A stretch of DNA of 17,964 bases from the IMG/VR virus record IMGVR_UViG_2563366946_000008. One strand, given 5' to 3'. Numbering within the stretch: the stretch's first letter is position 1; each line of letters begins with the position of its first letter. The notes beneath the pieces were generated by a model. It saw only the letters and a list, made by a program, of their open reading frames with translations, searched no databases and had not been told where the DNA came from. Below are positions 8,413-16,681 of this stretch, one piece after another. The position numbers and the translations under genes were made by a program. This DNA is from a virus. Lineage: Duplodnaviria > Heunggongvirae > Uroviricota > Caudoviricetes.

Positions 8413-8679
8413 CAGCGTGACGTTGATCGCGCAGAAACAGATTTACTTATCAATCTGTCAGCTATTACCCAGCGCGGTCTGGCAAAGATGATTGGCTGTC
8501 ATGAATCGAAGATAAGCAGAACGGACTGGAGATTTATTGCTTCGGTCTTGTGTGCTTTCGGAATGGCATCAGACATCAGTCCGATTAGCAGGGCTTTTAA
8601 GTATGCGCTTGATGGACTCACCAATAAAAAACGCCCGGCGGCAACCGAGCGTTCTGAACAAATCCAGATGGAATTCTGA
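8413..8679 (+). pseudogene. cII: cII transcriptional activator, 5'-truncated by the IS element (about 8-10 N-terminal codons and all upstream signals missing)
   Basis: The reading frame is open from the first base after the IS (8413) and ends ...LTNKKRPAATERSEQIQMEF, identical to the lambda CII C-terminus as I recall it; the upstream part (…ISRTDWRFIASVLCAFG…) is CII-like but divergent. No start codon or RBS at the true N-terminus. Confidence 0.75.
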
Positions 8680-8711
8680 GGTCATTACTGGATCAATCCA
8701 CAGGAGTCATT

Positions 8712-9611
8712 ATGACAAATACAGCAAAAATACTCAACTTCTGCAGAGGTAACTTTGCCAAACAGGAGCGTAATGTGGCAGATCTCGATGATGGTTACGC
8801 CAGACTATCAAATATGCTGCTTGAGGCTTATTCAGGCGCAGATCTGACCAAGCGACAGTTTAAAGTGCTGCTTGCCATTCTGCGTAAAACCTATGGATGG
8901 AATAAACCAATGGACAGAATCACCGATTCTCAACTTAGCGAGATTACAAAGTTACCCGTCAAACGGTGCAATGAAGCCAAGTTAGAACTCGTCAGAATGA
9001 ATATTATCAAGCAGCAAGGCGGCATGTTTGGACCAAATAAAAACATCTCAGAATGGTGTATCCCTCAAAACGAGGGAAAATCCCCTAAAACGAGGGATAA
9101 AACATCCCTCAAATTGGGGGATTGCTATCCCTCAAAACAGGGGGACACAAAAGACACTATTACAAAAGAAAAAAGAAAAGATTATTCGTCAGAGAATTCT
9201 GGCGAATCCTCTGACCAGCCAGAAAACGACCTTTCTGTGGTGAAACCGGATGCTGCAATTCAGAGCGGCAGCAAGTGGGGGACAGCAGAAGACCTGACCG
9301 CCGCAGAATGGATGTTTGACATGGTGAAGACCATCGCGCCATCAGCCAGAAAACCGAATTTTGCAGGGTGGGCTAACGATATCCGCCTGATGCGTGAACG
9401 TGACGGACGTAACCATCGCGACATGTGTGTACTGTTCCGCTGGGCATGCCAGGACAACTTCTGGTCCGGTAACGTGCTGAGCCCGGCCAAACTCCGCGAC
9501 AAGTGGACCCAGCTCGAAATCAACCGTAACAAGCAACAGGCAGGTGTGACAGCCTGCAAACCAAAACTCGACCTGACAAACACTGACTGGATTTACGGGG
9601 TGGATTTATGA
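8712..9611 (+). CDS. O: Replication initiator O, 299 aa
   Basis: Translation MTNTAKILNFCRGNFAKQERNVADLDDGYARLSNMLLEAYSGADLTKRQFKVLLAILRKTYGWNKPMDRITDSQLSEITKLP... matches lambda O with a few substitutions; AGGAG RBS; contains the ori iterons. Confidence 0.95.
   Translation: MTNTAKILNFCRGNFAKQERNVADLDDGYARLSNMLLEAYSGADLTKRQFKVLLAILRKTYGWNKPMDRITDSQLSEITKLPVKRCNEAKLELVRMNIIKQQGGMFGPNKNISEWCIPQNEGKSPKTRDKTSLKLGDCYPSKQGDTKDTITKEKRKDYSSENSGESSDQPENDLSVVKPDAAIQSGSKWGTAEDLTAAEWMFDMVKTIAPSARKPNFAGWANDIRLMRERDGRNHRDMCVLFRWACQDNFWSGNVLSPAKLRDKWTQLEINRNKQQAGVTACKPKLDLTNTDWIYGVDL
9060..9190 (+). repeat. Lambda-type replication origin inside O: four ~19-bp iterons plus AT-rich unwinding region
   Basis: Four tandem imperfect palindromic iterons (ATCCCTCAAAACGAGGGA, ATCCCCTAAAACGAGGGA, ATCCCTCAAATTGGGGGA, ATCCCTCAAAACAGGGGGA) at about 9060-9145, followed by an A-rich tract ACAAAAGACACTATTACAAAAGAAAAAAGAAAAGATTATT. 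Confidence 0.85.
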
Positions 9612-10309
9612 AAAACATCGCCGCACAGATGGTTAATTTTGACCGTGAGCAGATGCGTCGGATCGCCAACAACATGCCGGAACAGTACGACGAAAAGCCG
9701 CAGGTACAGCAGGTAGCGCAGATCATCAACGGTGTGTTCAGCCAGTTACTGGCAACTTTCCCGGCGAGTCTGGCTAACCGTGACCAGAACGAACTGAACG
9801 AAATCCGCCGCCAGTGGGTTCTGGCTTTCCGGGAAAACGGGATCACCACAATGGAACAGGTTAACGCAGGAATGCGCGTAGCCCGTCGGCAGAATCGACC
9901 ATTTCTGCCATCACCCGGGCAGTTTGTTGCATGGTGCCGGGAAGAAGCATCCGTTATCGCCGGACTGCCAAACGTCAGCGAGCTGGTTGATATGGTTTAC
10001 GAGTATTGCCGGAAGCGAGGCCTGTATCCGGATGCAGAGTCTTATCCGTGGAAATCGAACGCGCACTACTGGCTGGTTACCAACCTGTACCAGAACATGC
10101 GGGCCAATGCGCTGACTGACGCGGAATTACGACGCAAGGCTGCCGATGAACTGACCTGTATGACAGCGCGAATTAACCGTGGTGAGACGATACCTGAACC
10201 AGTAAAACAACTTCCTGTCATGGGCGGCAGACCTCTAAATCGTGTTCAGGCGCTGGCGAAGATCGCAGAAATTAAAGCTAAGTTAGGACTGAAAGGAGCA
10301 AGTGTATGA
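9608..10309 (+). CDS. P: Replication protein P (DnaB helicase loader), 233 aa
   Basis: Translation MKNIAAQMVNFDREQMRRIANNMPEQYDEKPQVQQVAQIINGVFSQLLATFPASLANRDQNELNEIRRQWVLAFRENGITTMEQVNAGMRVARRQNRPFLPSPGQFVAWCREE... matches lambda P; start overlaps O stop (ATGA). Confidence 0.95.
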   Translation: MKNIAAQMVNFDREQMRRIANNMPEQYDEKPQVQQVAQIINGVFSQLLATFPASLANRDQNELNEIRRQWVLAFRENGITTMEQVNAGMRVARRQNRPFLPSPGQFVAWCREEASVIAGLPNVSELVDMVYEYCRKRGLYPDAESYPWKSNAHYWLVTNLYQNMRANALTDAELRRKAADELTCMTARINRGETIPEPVKQLPVMGGRPLNRVQALAKIAEIKAKLGLKGASV

Positions 10310-10596
10310 CGGGCAAAGAGGCAATTATTCATTACCTGGGGACGCATAATAGCTTCTGTGCGCCGGACGTTGCCGCGCTAACAGGCGCAACAGTAACCAG
10401 CATAAATCAGGCTGCGGCTAAAATGGCACGGGCAGGTCTTCTGGTTATCGAAGGTAAGGTCTGGCGAACGGTGTATTACCGGTTTGCTACCAAGGAAGAA
10501 CGGGAAGGAAAGATGAGCACGAACCTGATTTTTAAGGAGTGTCGCCAGAGTGCCACGATGAAACGGATATTGGCGGTATATGGAGTTAAAAGATGA
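10306..10596 (+). CDS. ren: Ren (Rex exclusion escape protein), 96 aa
   Basis: 96-aa ORF directly after P with overlapping ATGA junction; sequence consistent with lambda Ren. Confidence 0.85.
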   Translation: MTGKEAIIHYLGTHNSFCAPDVAALTGATVTSINQAAAKMARAGLLVIEGKVWRTVYYRFATKEEREGKMSTNLIFKECRQSATMKRILAVYGVKR

Positions 10597-10669
10597 CCAT
10601 CTACATCACTGAGCTAATAACAGGCCTGCAGGTAATCGCAGGCCTTTTTATTTGGGGGAGAGGGAAGTC

Positions 10670-11110
10670 ATGAAAAAACTAACCTTTGAAATTCGATCTC
10701 CGGCACATCAGCAAAACGCTATTCACGCAGTACAGCAAATCCTTCCAGACCCAACCAAACCAATCGTAGTAACCATTCAGGAACGCAACCGCAGCTTAGA
10801 CCAAAACAGGAAGCTATGGGCCTGCTTAGGTGACGTCTCTCGTCAGGTTGAATGGCATGGTCGCTGGCTGGATGCAGAAAGCTGGAAGTGTGTGTTTACC
10901 GCAGCATTAAAGCAGCAGGATGTTGTTCCTAACCTTGCCGGGAATGGCTTTGTGGTAATAGGCCAGTCAACCAGCAGGATGCGTGTAAGCGAATTTGCGG
11001 AGCTATTAGAGCTTATACAGGCATTCGGTACAGAGCGTGGCGTTAAGTGGTCAGACGAAGCGCGACTGGCTCTCGAATGGAAAGCGCGATGGGGAGATCG
11101 GGCTGCATGA
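10670..11110 (+). CDS. ninB: NinB (Orf) recombination mediator, 146 aa
   Basis: Translation from the internal Met (MKKLTFEIRSPAHQQNAIHAVQQILPDPTKPIVVTIQERNRSLDQNRKLWACLGDVSRQVEWHGRWLDAESWKCVFTAALKQQDVVPNLAG...) matches lambda NinB; first gene of the nin region after ren. Confidence 0.85.
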   Translation: MKKLTFEIRSPAHQQNAIHAVQQILPDPTKPIVVTIQERNRSLDQNRKLWACLGDVSRQVEWHGRWLDAESWKCVFTAALKQQDVVPNLAGNGFVVIGQSTSRMRVSEFAELLELIQAFGTERGVKWSDEARLALEWKARWGDRAA

Positions 11111-11634
11111 CTATCAAATCAAATACGCCAGCACACGACAAGGACTGCTGGCAAACGCCGCTTTGGCTTTTTGATGCACTGGATATTGAGTTTGGATTCT
11201 GGCTGGATTCGGCAGCGAGCGACAAAAATGCTCTGTGCGCTCACTGGCTAACTGAGGACGACGACGCGCTCAATTCTGAGTGGGTAAGCCACGGTGCAAT
11301 CTGGAATAACCCACCGTACAGCAATATCAGGCCGTGGGTGGAAAAAGCCGCTGAGCAGTGTATACAACAGCGACAGACGGTAGTGATGCTTGTGCCAGAG
11401 GATATGTCTGTCGGATGGTTCAGCAAGGCTCTGGAGAGTGTTGACGAAGTTCGTATTATCACTGATGGACGGATTAATTTTATCGAACCATCGACAGGGC
11501 TGGAGAAGAAGGGAAACAGCAAAGGCTCCATGCTGCTGATTTGGCGACCGTTCATCAGTCCTCGACGGATGTTTACTACCGTATCCAAAGCGGCATTGAT
11601 GGCGATCGGGCAGGGCGTCAGGAGGGCTGCATGA
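11107..11634 (+). CDS. Phage Dam-like DNA N6-adenine methyltransferase (orphan, no cognate endonuclease nearby), 175 aa
   Basis: Contains the amino-methyltransferase catalytic motif NPPY (…[10 protein letters not shown]…); start overlaps ninB stop (ATGA); occupies the ninC/ninD slot of the nin region. Confidence 0.7.
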   Translation: MTIKSNTPAHDKDCWQTPLWLFDALDIEFGFWLDSAASDKNALCAHWLTEDDDALNSEWVSHGAIWNNPPYSNIRPWVEKAAEQCIQQRQTVVMLVPEDMSVGWFSKALESVDEVRIITDGRINFIEPSTGLEKKGNSKGSMLLIWRPFISPRRMFTTVSKAALMAIGQGVRRAA

Positions 11635-11807
11635 GACGACAGCGACGAAGCATCACCGACATAATCTGCGAAAACTGCAAATACCTTCCAACGAAACGCT
11701 CCAGAAATAAACGCAAGCTAATCCCAAAAGAATCTGACGTAAAAACCTTCAATTACACAGCCCACCTGTGGGATATCCGGTGGCTAAGATATCGTGCGAG
11801 GAAATGA
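11631..11807 (+). CDS. ninE: NinE-like protein, 58 aa
   Basis: Translation [58 protein letters not shown] resembles lambda/DLP12 NinE; ATGA overlap with the upstream gene. Confidence 0.7.
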   Translation: MRRQRRSITDIICENCKYLPTKRSRNKRKLIPKESDVKTFNYTAHLWDIRWLRYRARK

Positions 11808-12151
11808 CAATGGATTATTCACAGTTAAGTGATTTTGAAATTAACAGAATGGTAGGAGACATAATTTTTAAAGGCCTTTGGGCAAGTAAACCGGAAACAT
11901 CAGGGAATAACACCAACAAATGGTATTACGGAAATGCTGATACAACTTTTGAGCCATTAAATCATTTGCCTGACTACTGCAATGATCCGAGCGCTTCATG
12001 GCCGATTATTGAGAAATACAGGATTTCTATCTTAGACCAGTTAACTGAATGGTGTGTGGATGCAAAAGGCGTAAGCCCAATATTTGATACCAGACCTCTC
12101 CGCGCCGCCATGATTGTCTTTCTCCTGATGCAGGAGGCCAATAATGCTTAG
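11804..12151 (+). CDS. Hypothetical nin-region protein, 115 aa
   Basis: ORF translationally coupled to ninE (ATGA overlap, GAGGA RBS); no family recognised from sequence. Confidence 0.5.
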   Translation: MTMDYSQLSDFEINRMVGDIIFKGLWASKPETSGNNTNKWYYGNADTTFEPLNHLPDYCNDPSASWPIIEKYRISILDQLTEWCVDAKGVSPIFDTRPLRAAMIVFLLMQEANNA

Positions 12152-12338
12152 CCCATCTCAATCCCTTCAATACCTGAAAGAAAGCATAGAGCGGGCTTCA
12201 ATGTGCACAGAGTGGATTCTATCTAGGTTTAGCGCATACAGAAGATTGCCGGTAAAGGGCATGCCAAGCAAGTCGATGCTGCATATGCAAAAGAATGCGC
12301 GCTGGAAGGTATGGCGAGAACACAGGTTATGTGGCTGA
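12144..12338 (+). CDS. NinF-like small ORF (N-terminus [14 protein letters not shown]…), 64 aa; possibly frameshifted or mosaic
   Basis: Start overlaps the upstream stop; N-terminal residues resemble lambda NinF as I recall it, but the downstream part does not. A different frame (to 12361) carries a C-terminal-looking segment ending …[26 protein letters not shown] whose stop overlaps the rusA GTG start. Confidence 0.3.
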   Translation: MLSPSQSLQYLKESIERASMCTEWILSRFSAYRRLPVKGMPSKSMLHMQKNARWKVWREHRLCG

Positions 12339-12357
12339 AAGAGGGGGTTATTAAGGC

Positions 12358-12720
12358 GTGAATACCTACAGCATCACATTACCCTGGCCTCCGAGCAATA
12401 ATCGCTATTACCGCCATAATCGCGGGCGCACGCACGTCAGCGCAGAGGGGCAGGCATACCGCGATAACGTCGCCCGAATCATTAAAAACGCAATGCTGGA
12501 TATCGGCCTGGCTATGCCTGTGAAAATCCGCATTGAGTGCCACATGCCGGATCGCCGTCGCCGTGACCTGGATAATCTGCAAAAAGCCGCTTTTGACGCA
12601 CTCACTAAAGCAGGTTTCTGGCTGGATGATGCTCAGGTCGTTGATTACCGCGTTGTGAAGATGCCTGTTACCAAAGGTGGGAGGCTGGAACTGACCATCA
12701 CCGAAATGGGGAATGAATGA
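12358..12720 (+). CDS. rusA: RusA Holliday-junction resolvase, 120 aa (GTG start)
   Basis: Translation [108 protein letters not shown]… matches the RusA family (acidic catalytic residues, DDAQ motif). Confidence 0.85.
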   Translation: MNTYSITLPWPPSNNRYYRHNRGRTHVSAEGQAYRDNVARIIKNAMLDIGLAMPVKIRIECHMPDRRRRDLDNLQKAAFDALTKAGFWLDDAQVVDYRVVKMPVTKGGRLELTITEMGNE

Positions 12721-12857
12721 TGTTTGAGTTTAATATGGCAGAACTTCTTCGCCACCGCTGGGGGCGTCTGCGCTTATATCGTTTCCTCGGTTCTGTTTTG
12801 ACCGATTACCGAATACTGAAGAATTACGCCAAAACCCTGACAGGAACAGGAGTATGA
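12717..12857 (+). CDS. ylcG: YlcG-like small protein, 46 aa
   Basis: Not in the ORF track; manual translation [46 protein letters not shown]; start overlaps rusA stop; same position as ylcG in DLP12-type prophages. Confidence 0.5.
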   Translation: MMFEFNMAELLRHRWGRLRLYRFLGSVLTDYRILKNYAKTLTGTGV

Positions 12858-12942
12858 AGTCAGAGATAACAATCAACTAATACTGTTTTGTTGATTTTTG
12901 CTTGTAATTGGCGTTCTGGTCTGATTTTTGTGGAGTAAGTTG

Positions 12943-13326
12943 ATGCGTGATATTCAGATGGTTCTTGAGCGTTGGGGTGCGTGGGCGGCTAATAATCATG
13001 AAGATGTGACCTGGTCGTCCATTGCCGCCGGTTTTAAGGGATTAATTCCTTCAAAAGTAAAATCTCGCCCGCAATGTTGTGACGATGACGCGATGATCAT
13101 TTGCGGGTGCATGGCCCGTCTGAAAAAGAACAACAGCGATTTACACGATTTATTAGTAGATTATTATGTATGTGGTATGACATTCATGTCACTGGCAAGT
13201 AAGCATTGCTGCTCGGATGGTTATATCGGGAAAAGGTTACAGAAGGCTGAGGGCATAATTGAAGGGATGTTAATGGCATTAGATATCCGGTTAGATATGG
13301 ATATCGTTGCTAATAATTCTAATTGA
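12943..13326 (+). CDS. quuD: Q-like late-gene antiterminator (DLP12 QuuD type), 127 aa
   Basis: Translation from the internal Met ([62 protein letters not shown]…) with a cysteine cluster; GGAG RBS 7 nt upstream; last gene before the late region. Confidence 0.8.
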   Translation: MRDIQMVLERWGAWAANNHEDVTWSSIAAGFKGLIPSKVKSRPQCCDDDAMIICGCMARLKKNNSDLHDLLVDYYVCGMTFMSLASKHCCSDGYIGKRLQKAEGIIEGMLMALDIRLDMDIVANNSN

Positions 13327-13463
13327 TATGCAATTGTTTACTAAAAGTTATTAAAAATGGGGCGTGGAAACGCCCCCAAAATAAAGGGTAATATATAACA
13401 GAAGGTTTATATAGTAAGAAGCAAGGTAGTGCTTCTAAAGGAAGTGGCTTGAGGGCTCCACTT

Positions 13464-13505
13464 ATATGTTGCGGAGGCAAAGCCTCCCGCAACATATCTT
13501 TTTCG
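13464..13505 (+). terminator. Intrinsic terminator (tR'-like) about 140 bp downstream of the Q-like gene; may also end the convergent porin transcript
   Basis: Near-perfect 14-bp inverted repeat ATATGTTGCGGAGG-CAAAG-CCTCCCGCAACATAT followed by CTTTTTCG on the plus strand; sits 10 bp beyond the porin stop codon on the other strand. Confidence 0.6.
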
Positions 13506-13514
13506 TAAGTCAGA

Positions 13515-14597
13515 TTAGAACTGATAAACCAGACCTACAGCGACGATGTCGTCGGTATCAATACCAGCTGTTTTGGTAAACTTACTATCGTCAATTAAGT
13601 TGATTTTGTAATCAACAAAAGTGGACATGTTTTTATTAAAGTAGTAAGTAGCACCGACATCGACATACTTGACTAAGTCTCGGTCACCATGAACACCAAG
13701 GTCTTTACCTTTTGACTGAAGGTAAGCAACAGATGGACGCAGACCGAAGTCAAACTGATATTGTGCTACTGCTTCAAAGTTTTGTGCTTTGTTTGCAATA
13801 TGGTTATTACCAAAAACGGTCATATTCTGAGTTTCAGAATATGTGGTAGCCAGATAGATATTGTTCGCATCATATTTCAGGCCTGCAGCCCATACTTCCG
13901 CATTTTTGCCGGAGGCATTGAATTTGCTCTTACCATAGGCGACCTGACCGTCAGTGCGATCTGATTTAGCATAGGTTGCACCCACGCCGAATCCTTCATA
14001 CTCATAAGTAGTGGAGAAACCGAAACCATCACCATTGGCTTCAGTTACGTCAGTGCGGTCATTTTTACCCTGATACTGAGCAGCAAAGTTCAGGCCATCG
14101 ACCAGACCAAAGAAGTCGTTGTTACGATAAGTTGCAACACCAGTAGTGCGACCAGTCATGAACACATCTGTTTGGGTCCAGGTATCACCACCGAATTCTG
14201 GCAGAACGTCAGTCCACGCACCGATGTCGTATGCTACACCGTAGTTACGGCCGTAATCGATTGAGCCGTAATCACCAAATTTCAGGCCTGCAAATGCAAG
14301 ACGGGTTTTGTCTTTGGAAGAACCTTGAGATTCAGCACGGTTGCCTTTGAATTCATATTCCCACTGACCGAAACCAGTCAGTTGATCGTTGATTTGGGTT
14401 TCACCTTTGAAGCCAAGACGGGCATAAGTAGTATCACCATCATCTGCATCATTAGAGGAGAAGTAGTGCTTGGCATTAACTTTCCCGTATAGATCCAGCT
14501 TGTTACTGTCTTTATTATAAATTTCAGCTGCCTGAGCAGACATCGCCATCAGTACTGATGCAGCTACAGCAGAAATTGCCACTGTTAATTTTTTCAT
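13515..14597 (-). CDS. nmpC: Outer-membrane general porin of the OmpC/NmpC/Lc family (lysogenic-conversion moron), 360 aa with signal peptide
   Basis: Signal peptide [23 protein letters not shown] followed by [17 protein letters not shown]…, porin hallmarks (…PEFGGDT…, …[29 protein letters not shown]…, C-terminal …VAVGLVYQF). Start taken at the internal Met, not the track's upstream ATG. Confidence 0.92.
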   Translation of the reverse strand: MKKLTVAISAVAASVLMAMSAQAAEIYNKDSNKLDLYGKVNAKHYFSSNDADDGDTTYARLGFKGETQINDQLTGFGQWEYEFKGNRAESQGSSKDKTRLAFAGLKFGDYGSIDYGRNYGVAYDIGAWTDVLPEFGGDTWTQTDVFMTGRTTGVATYRNNDFFGLVDGLNFAAQYQGKNDRTDVTEANGDGFGFSTTYEYEGFGVGATYAKSDRTDGQVAYGKSKFNASGKNAEVWAAGLKYDANNIYLATTYSETQNMTVFGNNHIANKAQNFEAVAQYQFDFGLRPSVAYLQSKGKDLGVHGDRDLVKYVDVGATYYFNKNMSTFVDYKINLIDDSKFTKTAGIDTDDIVAVGLVYQF

Positions 14598-15023
14598 TGT
14601 ACGCCCTTTTTTTGAACTATTATTAAAAAATGATATCACTGCGCGATAAATATTCATCTAATCAATGTGATTATTTCAAGATGTAAGTTTTAGTTTCTCA
14701 TTTAATTTGTGAAGTAGATCTCTATTTTTATCTGAACCTTTTCTATCTAATCCTATTCATGGCTCTTGTCTGAACAAAAATAAATCTATTAGCTAATTTA
14801 TATTAATGGCACTTATTTATAAGTGCTCTATAATTCTTTAGCTTAATTTAAACAAACTAAAAATAACATCGGAAATTATTAACTGGTTATTTGTTGAAGT
14901 TTTCTTATGCATTTGTGGTGGTGTTTTGAACACTCGGTGGCATTCTCACAAATATCATTTAGTAGTTTACGTACGTAAAAAATTGGTTATGCTGTTAAGA
15001 GTGGTTACTTCGTCACACAGCTT

Positions 15024-15056
15024 AAACCCGCCGTCGAGCGGGTTTTTCCATTTTTT
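15024..15056 (+). terminator. Candidate intrinsic terminator or pause hairpin about 130 bp upstream of the holin gene
   Basis: Stem AAACCCGC / GCGGGTTT with 6-nt loop, followed by TTTTTCCATTTTTT on the plus strand. Confidence 0.5.
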
Positions 15057-15185
15057 GAGTCTCGATATTAGCTGATAACCCAATACCTGAGTTATTCACT
15101 GACTCCGAATCTGTTACGTTTCTGCCTTTATTGCGATACGTAGTATCCCCTTAATTTACACCCGCTTTGTCTGCGAGGTGGGGTT

Positions 15186-15401
15186 ATGAAATCCATGGAT
15201 AAGTTAACAACGGGTGTCGCCTATGGTACCTCAGCAGGTAGTGCCGGGTACTGGTTTTTACAGTTGCTCGATAAAGTCACGCCCTCACAGTGGGCGGCAA
15301 TAGGTGTGCTGGGTAGCCTGGTATTTGGCCTGCTGACGTACCTGACAAACCTTTATTTCAAGATTAAAGAAGATAAGCGCAAGGCTGCGAGAGGTGAATA
15401 A
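15186..15401 (+). CDS. S: Phage-21-type class II pinholin with dual-start motif (MKSM…), 71 aa
   Basis: Translation [71 protein letters not shown]: two transmembrane segments, Met1/Met4 dual start with Lys2, charged C-terminus; GAGGTGG RBS. Confidence 0.9.
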
Positions 15402-15898
15402 TGCCTCCATCATTACGAAAAGCCGTTGCTGCTGCTATTGGTGGCGGAGCAATTGCTATAGCATCAGTGTTAATCACTGGCCCAAGTGGTAACGATGGTC
15501 TGGAAGGTGTCAGCTACATACCATACAAAGATATTGTTGGTGTATGGACTGTATGTCACGGGCATACAGGAAAAGACATCATGCTCGGTAAAACGTATAC
15601 CAAAGCAGAATGCAAAGCCCTCCTGAATAAAGACCTTGCCACGGTCGCCAGACAAATTAACCCGTACATCAAAGTCGATATACCGGAAACAATGCGCGGC
15701 GCTCTTTACTCATTCGTTTACAACGTGGGTGCTGGCAATTTCAGAACATCGACGCTTCTTCGCAAAATAAACCAGGGCGATATCAAAGGCGCATGTGATC
15801 AGCTACGTCGCTGGACATATGCTGGCGGTAAGCAATGGAAAGGTCTCATGACTCGTCGTGAGATTGAGCGTGAAATCTGTTTGTGGGGTCAGCAATGA
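15401..15898 (+). CDS. R: SAR endolysin (T4-lysozyme-like muramidase with N-terminal signal-anchor-release domain), 165 aa
   Basis: N-terminal weakly hydrophobic Gly/Ala-rich segment [20 protein letters not shown] followed by a lysozyme-like catalytic region (E…D…T in …[24 protein letters not shown]…); start overlaps the holin stop. Confidence 0.9.
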   Translation: MPPSLRKAVAAAIGGGAIAIASVLITGPSGNDGLEGVSYIPYKDIVGVWTVCHGHTGKDIMLGKTYTKAECKALLNKDLATVARQINPYIKVDIPETMRGALYSFVYNVGAGNFRTSTLLRKINQGDIKGACDQLRRWTYAGGKQWKGLMTRREIEREICLWGQQ

Positions 15899-16356
15899 AC
15901 AGAGTAACCGCGATTATCTCCGCTCTGGTTATCTGCATCATCGTCTGCCTGTCATGGGCTGTTAATCATTACCGTGATAACGCCATTACCTACAAAGCCC
16001 AGCGCGACAAAAATGCCAGAGAACTGACGCTGGCGAACGCGGTAATTACTGACATACAGATGCGTCAGCGTGATGTTGCTGCGCTCGATGCAAAATACAC
16101 GAAGGAGTTAGCTGATGCGAAAGCTGAAAATGATGCTCTGCGTGATGATGTTGCCGCTGGTCGTCGTCGGTTGCACATCAAAGCAGTCTGTCAGTCAGTG
16201 CGTGAAGCCACCACCGCCTCCGGCGTGGATAATGCAGCCTCCCCCCGACTGGCAGACACCGCTGAACGGGATTATTTCACCCTCAGAGAGAGGCTGATCA
16301 CTATGCAAAAACAACTGGAAGGAACCCAGAAGTATATTAATGAGCAGTGCAGATAG
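15895..16356 (+). CDS. Rz: Rz i-spanin (inner-membrane spanin subunit), 153 aa
   Basis: N-terminal transmembrane segment ([18 protein letters not shown]) followed by a charged, coiled-coil-like periplasmic domain; start overlaps the endolysin stop (ATGA). Confidence 0.8.
   Translation: MNRVTAIISALVICIIVCLSWAVNHYRDNAITYKAQRDKNARELTLANAVITDIQMRQRDVAALDAKYTKELADAKAENDALRDDVAAGRRRLHIKAVCQSVREATTASGVDNAASPRLADTAERDYFTLRERLITMQKQLEGTQKYINEQCR
16115..16297 (+). CDS. Rz1: Rz1 o-spanin lipoprotein, embedded in the +1 frame of Rz, 60 aa
   Basis: Lipoprotein signal peptide with lipobox ([15 protein letters not shown]) followed by a proline-rich mature region ([18 protein letters not shown]); lies entirely inside Rz in another frame. 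Confidence 0.75.
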   Translation: MRKLKMMLCVMMLPLVVVGCTSKQSVSQCVKPPPPPAWIMQPPPDWQTPLNGIISPSERG

Positions 16357-16387
16357 AGCTGCCCATATCGATGGGCAACTCATGCAA

Positions 16388-16681
16388 TTATTGTGAGCAA
16401 TACACACGCGCTTCCAGCGGAGTATAAATGCCTAAAGTAATAAAACCGAGCAATCCATTTACGAATGTTTGCTGGGTTTCTGTTTTAACAACATTTTCTG
16501 CACCACCACAAATTTTTGCTGCATCGACAGTTTTCTTCTGCCCAATTCCCGAAACGAAGAAATGATGGGTGATGGTTTCCTTTGGTGTTACTGCTGTAGG
16601 TTTGTTTCCAACAGTAAACGTCTGTTGAGCACATCCTGTAATAAGCATTGCCAGAGCGGCAGAAAACAACATTTTTTTCAT
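16388..16681 (-). CDS. bor: Bor lipoprotein (serum-resistance moron), 97 aa
   Basis: Translation from the internal Met, MKKMLFSAALAMLITGCAQQTFTVGNKPTAVTPKETITHHFFVSGIGQKKTVDAAKICGGAENVVKTETQQTFVNGLLGFITLGIYTPLEARVYCSQ, matches lambda Bor; lipobox LITGC; opposite strand to the lysis genes as in lambda. Confidence 0.9.
   Translation of the reverse strand: MKKMLFSAALAMLITGCAQQTFTVGNKPTAVTPKETITHHFFVSGIGQKKTVDAAKICGGAENVVKTETQQTFVNGLLGFITLGIYTPLEARVYCSQ

Noticed and set aside
9060-9145. Four tandem ~19-bp repeats with short spacers, superficially CRISPR-like
   Set aside because: They lie inside the O coding sequence and are the classic lambda ori iterons (O-binding sites) followed by the AT-rich unwinding region; there is no leader or cas context.
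9028-9849. ORFs overlapping O and P in other frames or strands (9028-9243, 9160-9342, 9260-9583, 9342-9536, 9520-9849, 9924-10115)
   Set aside because: O and P match the lambda proteins across their length; the overlapping ORFs are frame artefacts.
11043-12605. Antisense ORFs in the nin region (11043-11225, 11241-11588, 12379-12582, 12408-12605)
   Set aside because: Opposite strand to a tightly coupled plus-strand operon; no independent support.
13323-13362. pR'-like late promoter and qut site immediately after the Q-like gene
   Set aside because: Position fits the lambda paradigm and a GC hairpin (GGGGCG/CGCCCC, 13359-13376) is present, but I could not identify a convincing -35/-10 pair by eye, so I do not report it as a feature.
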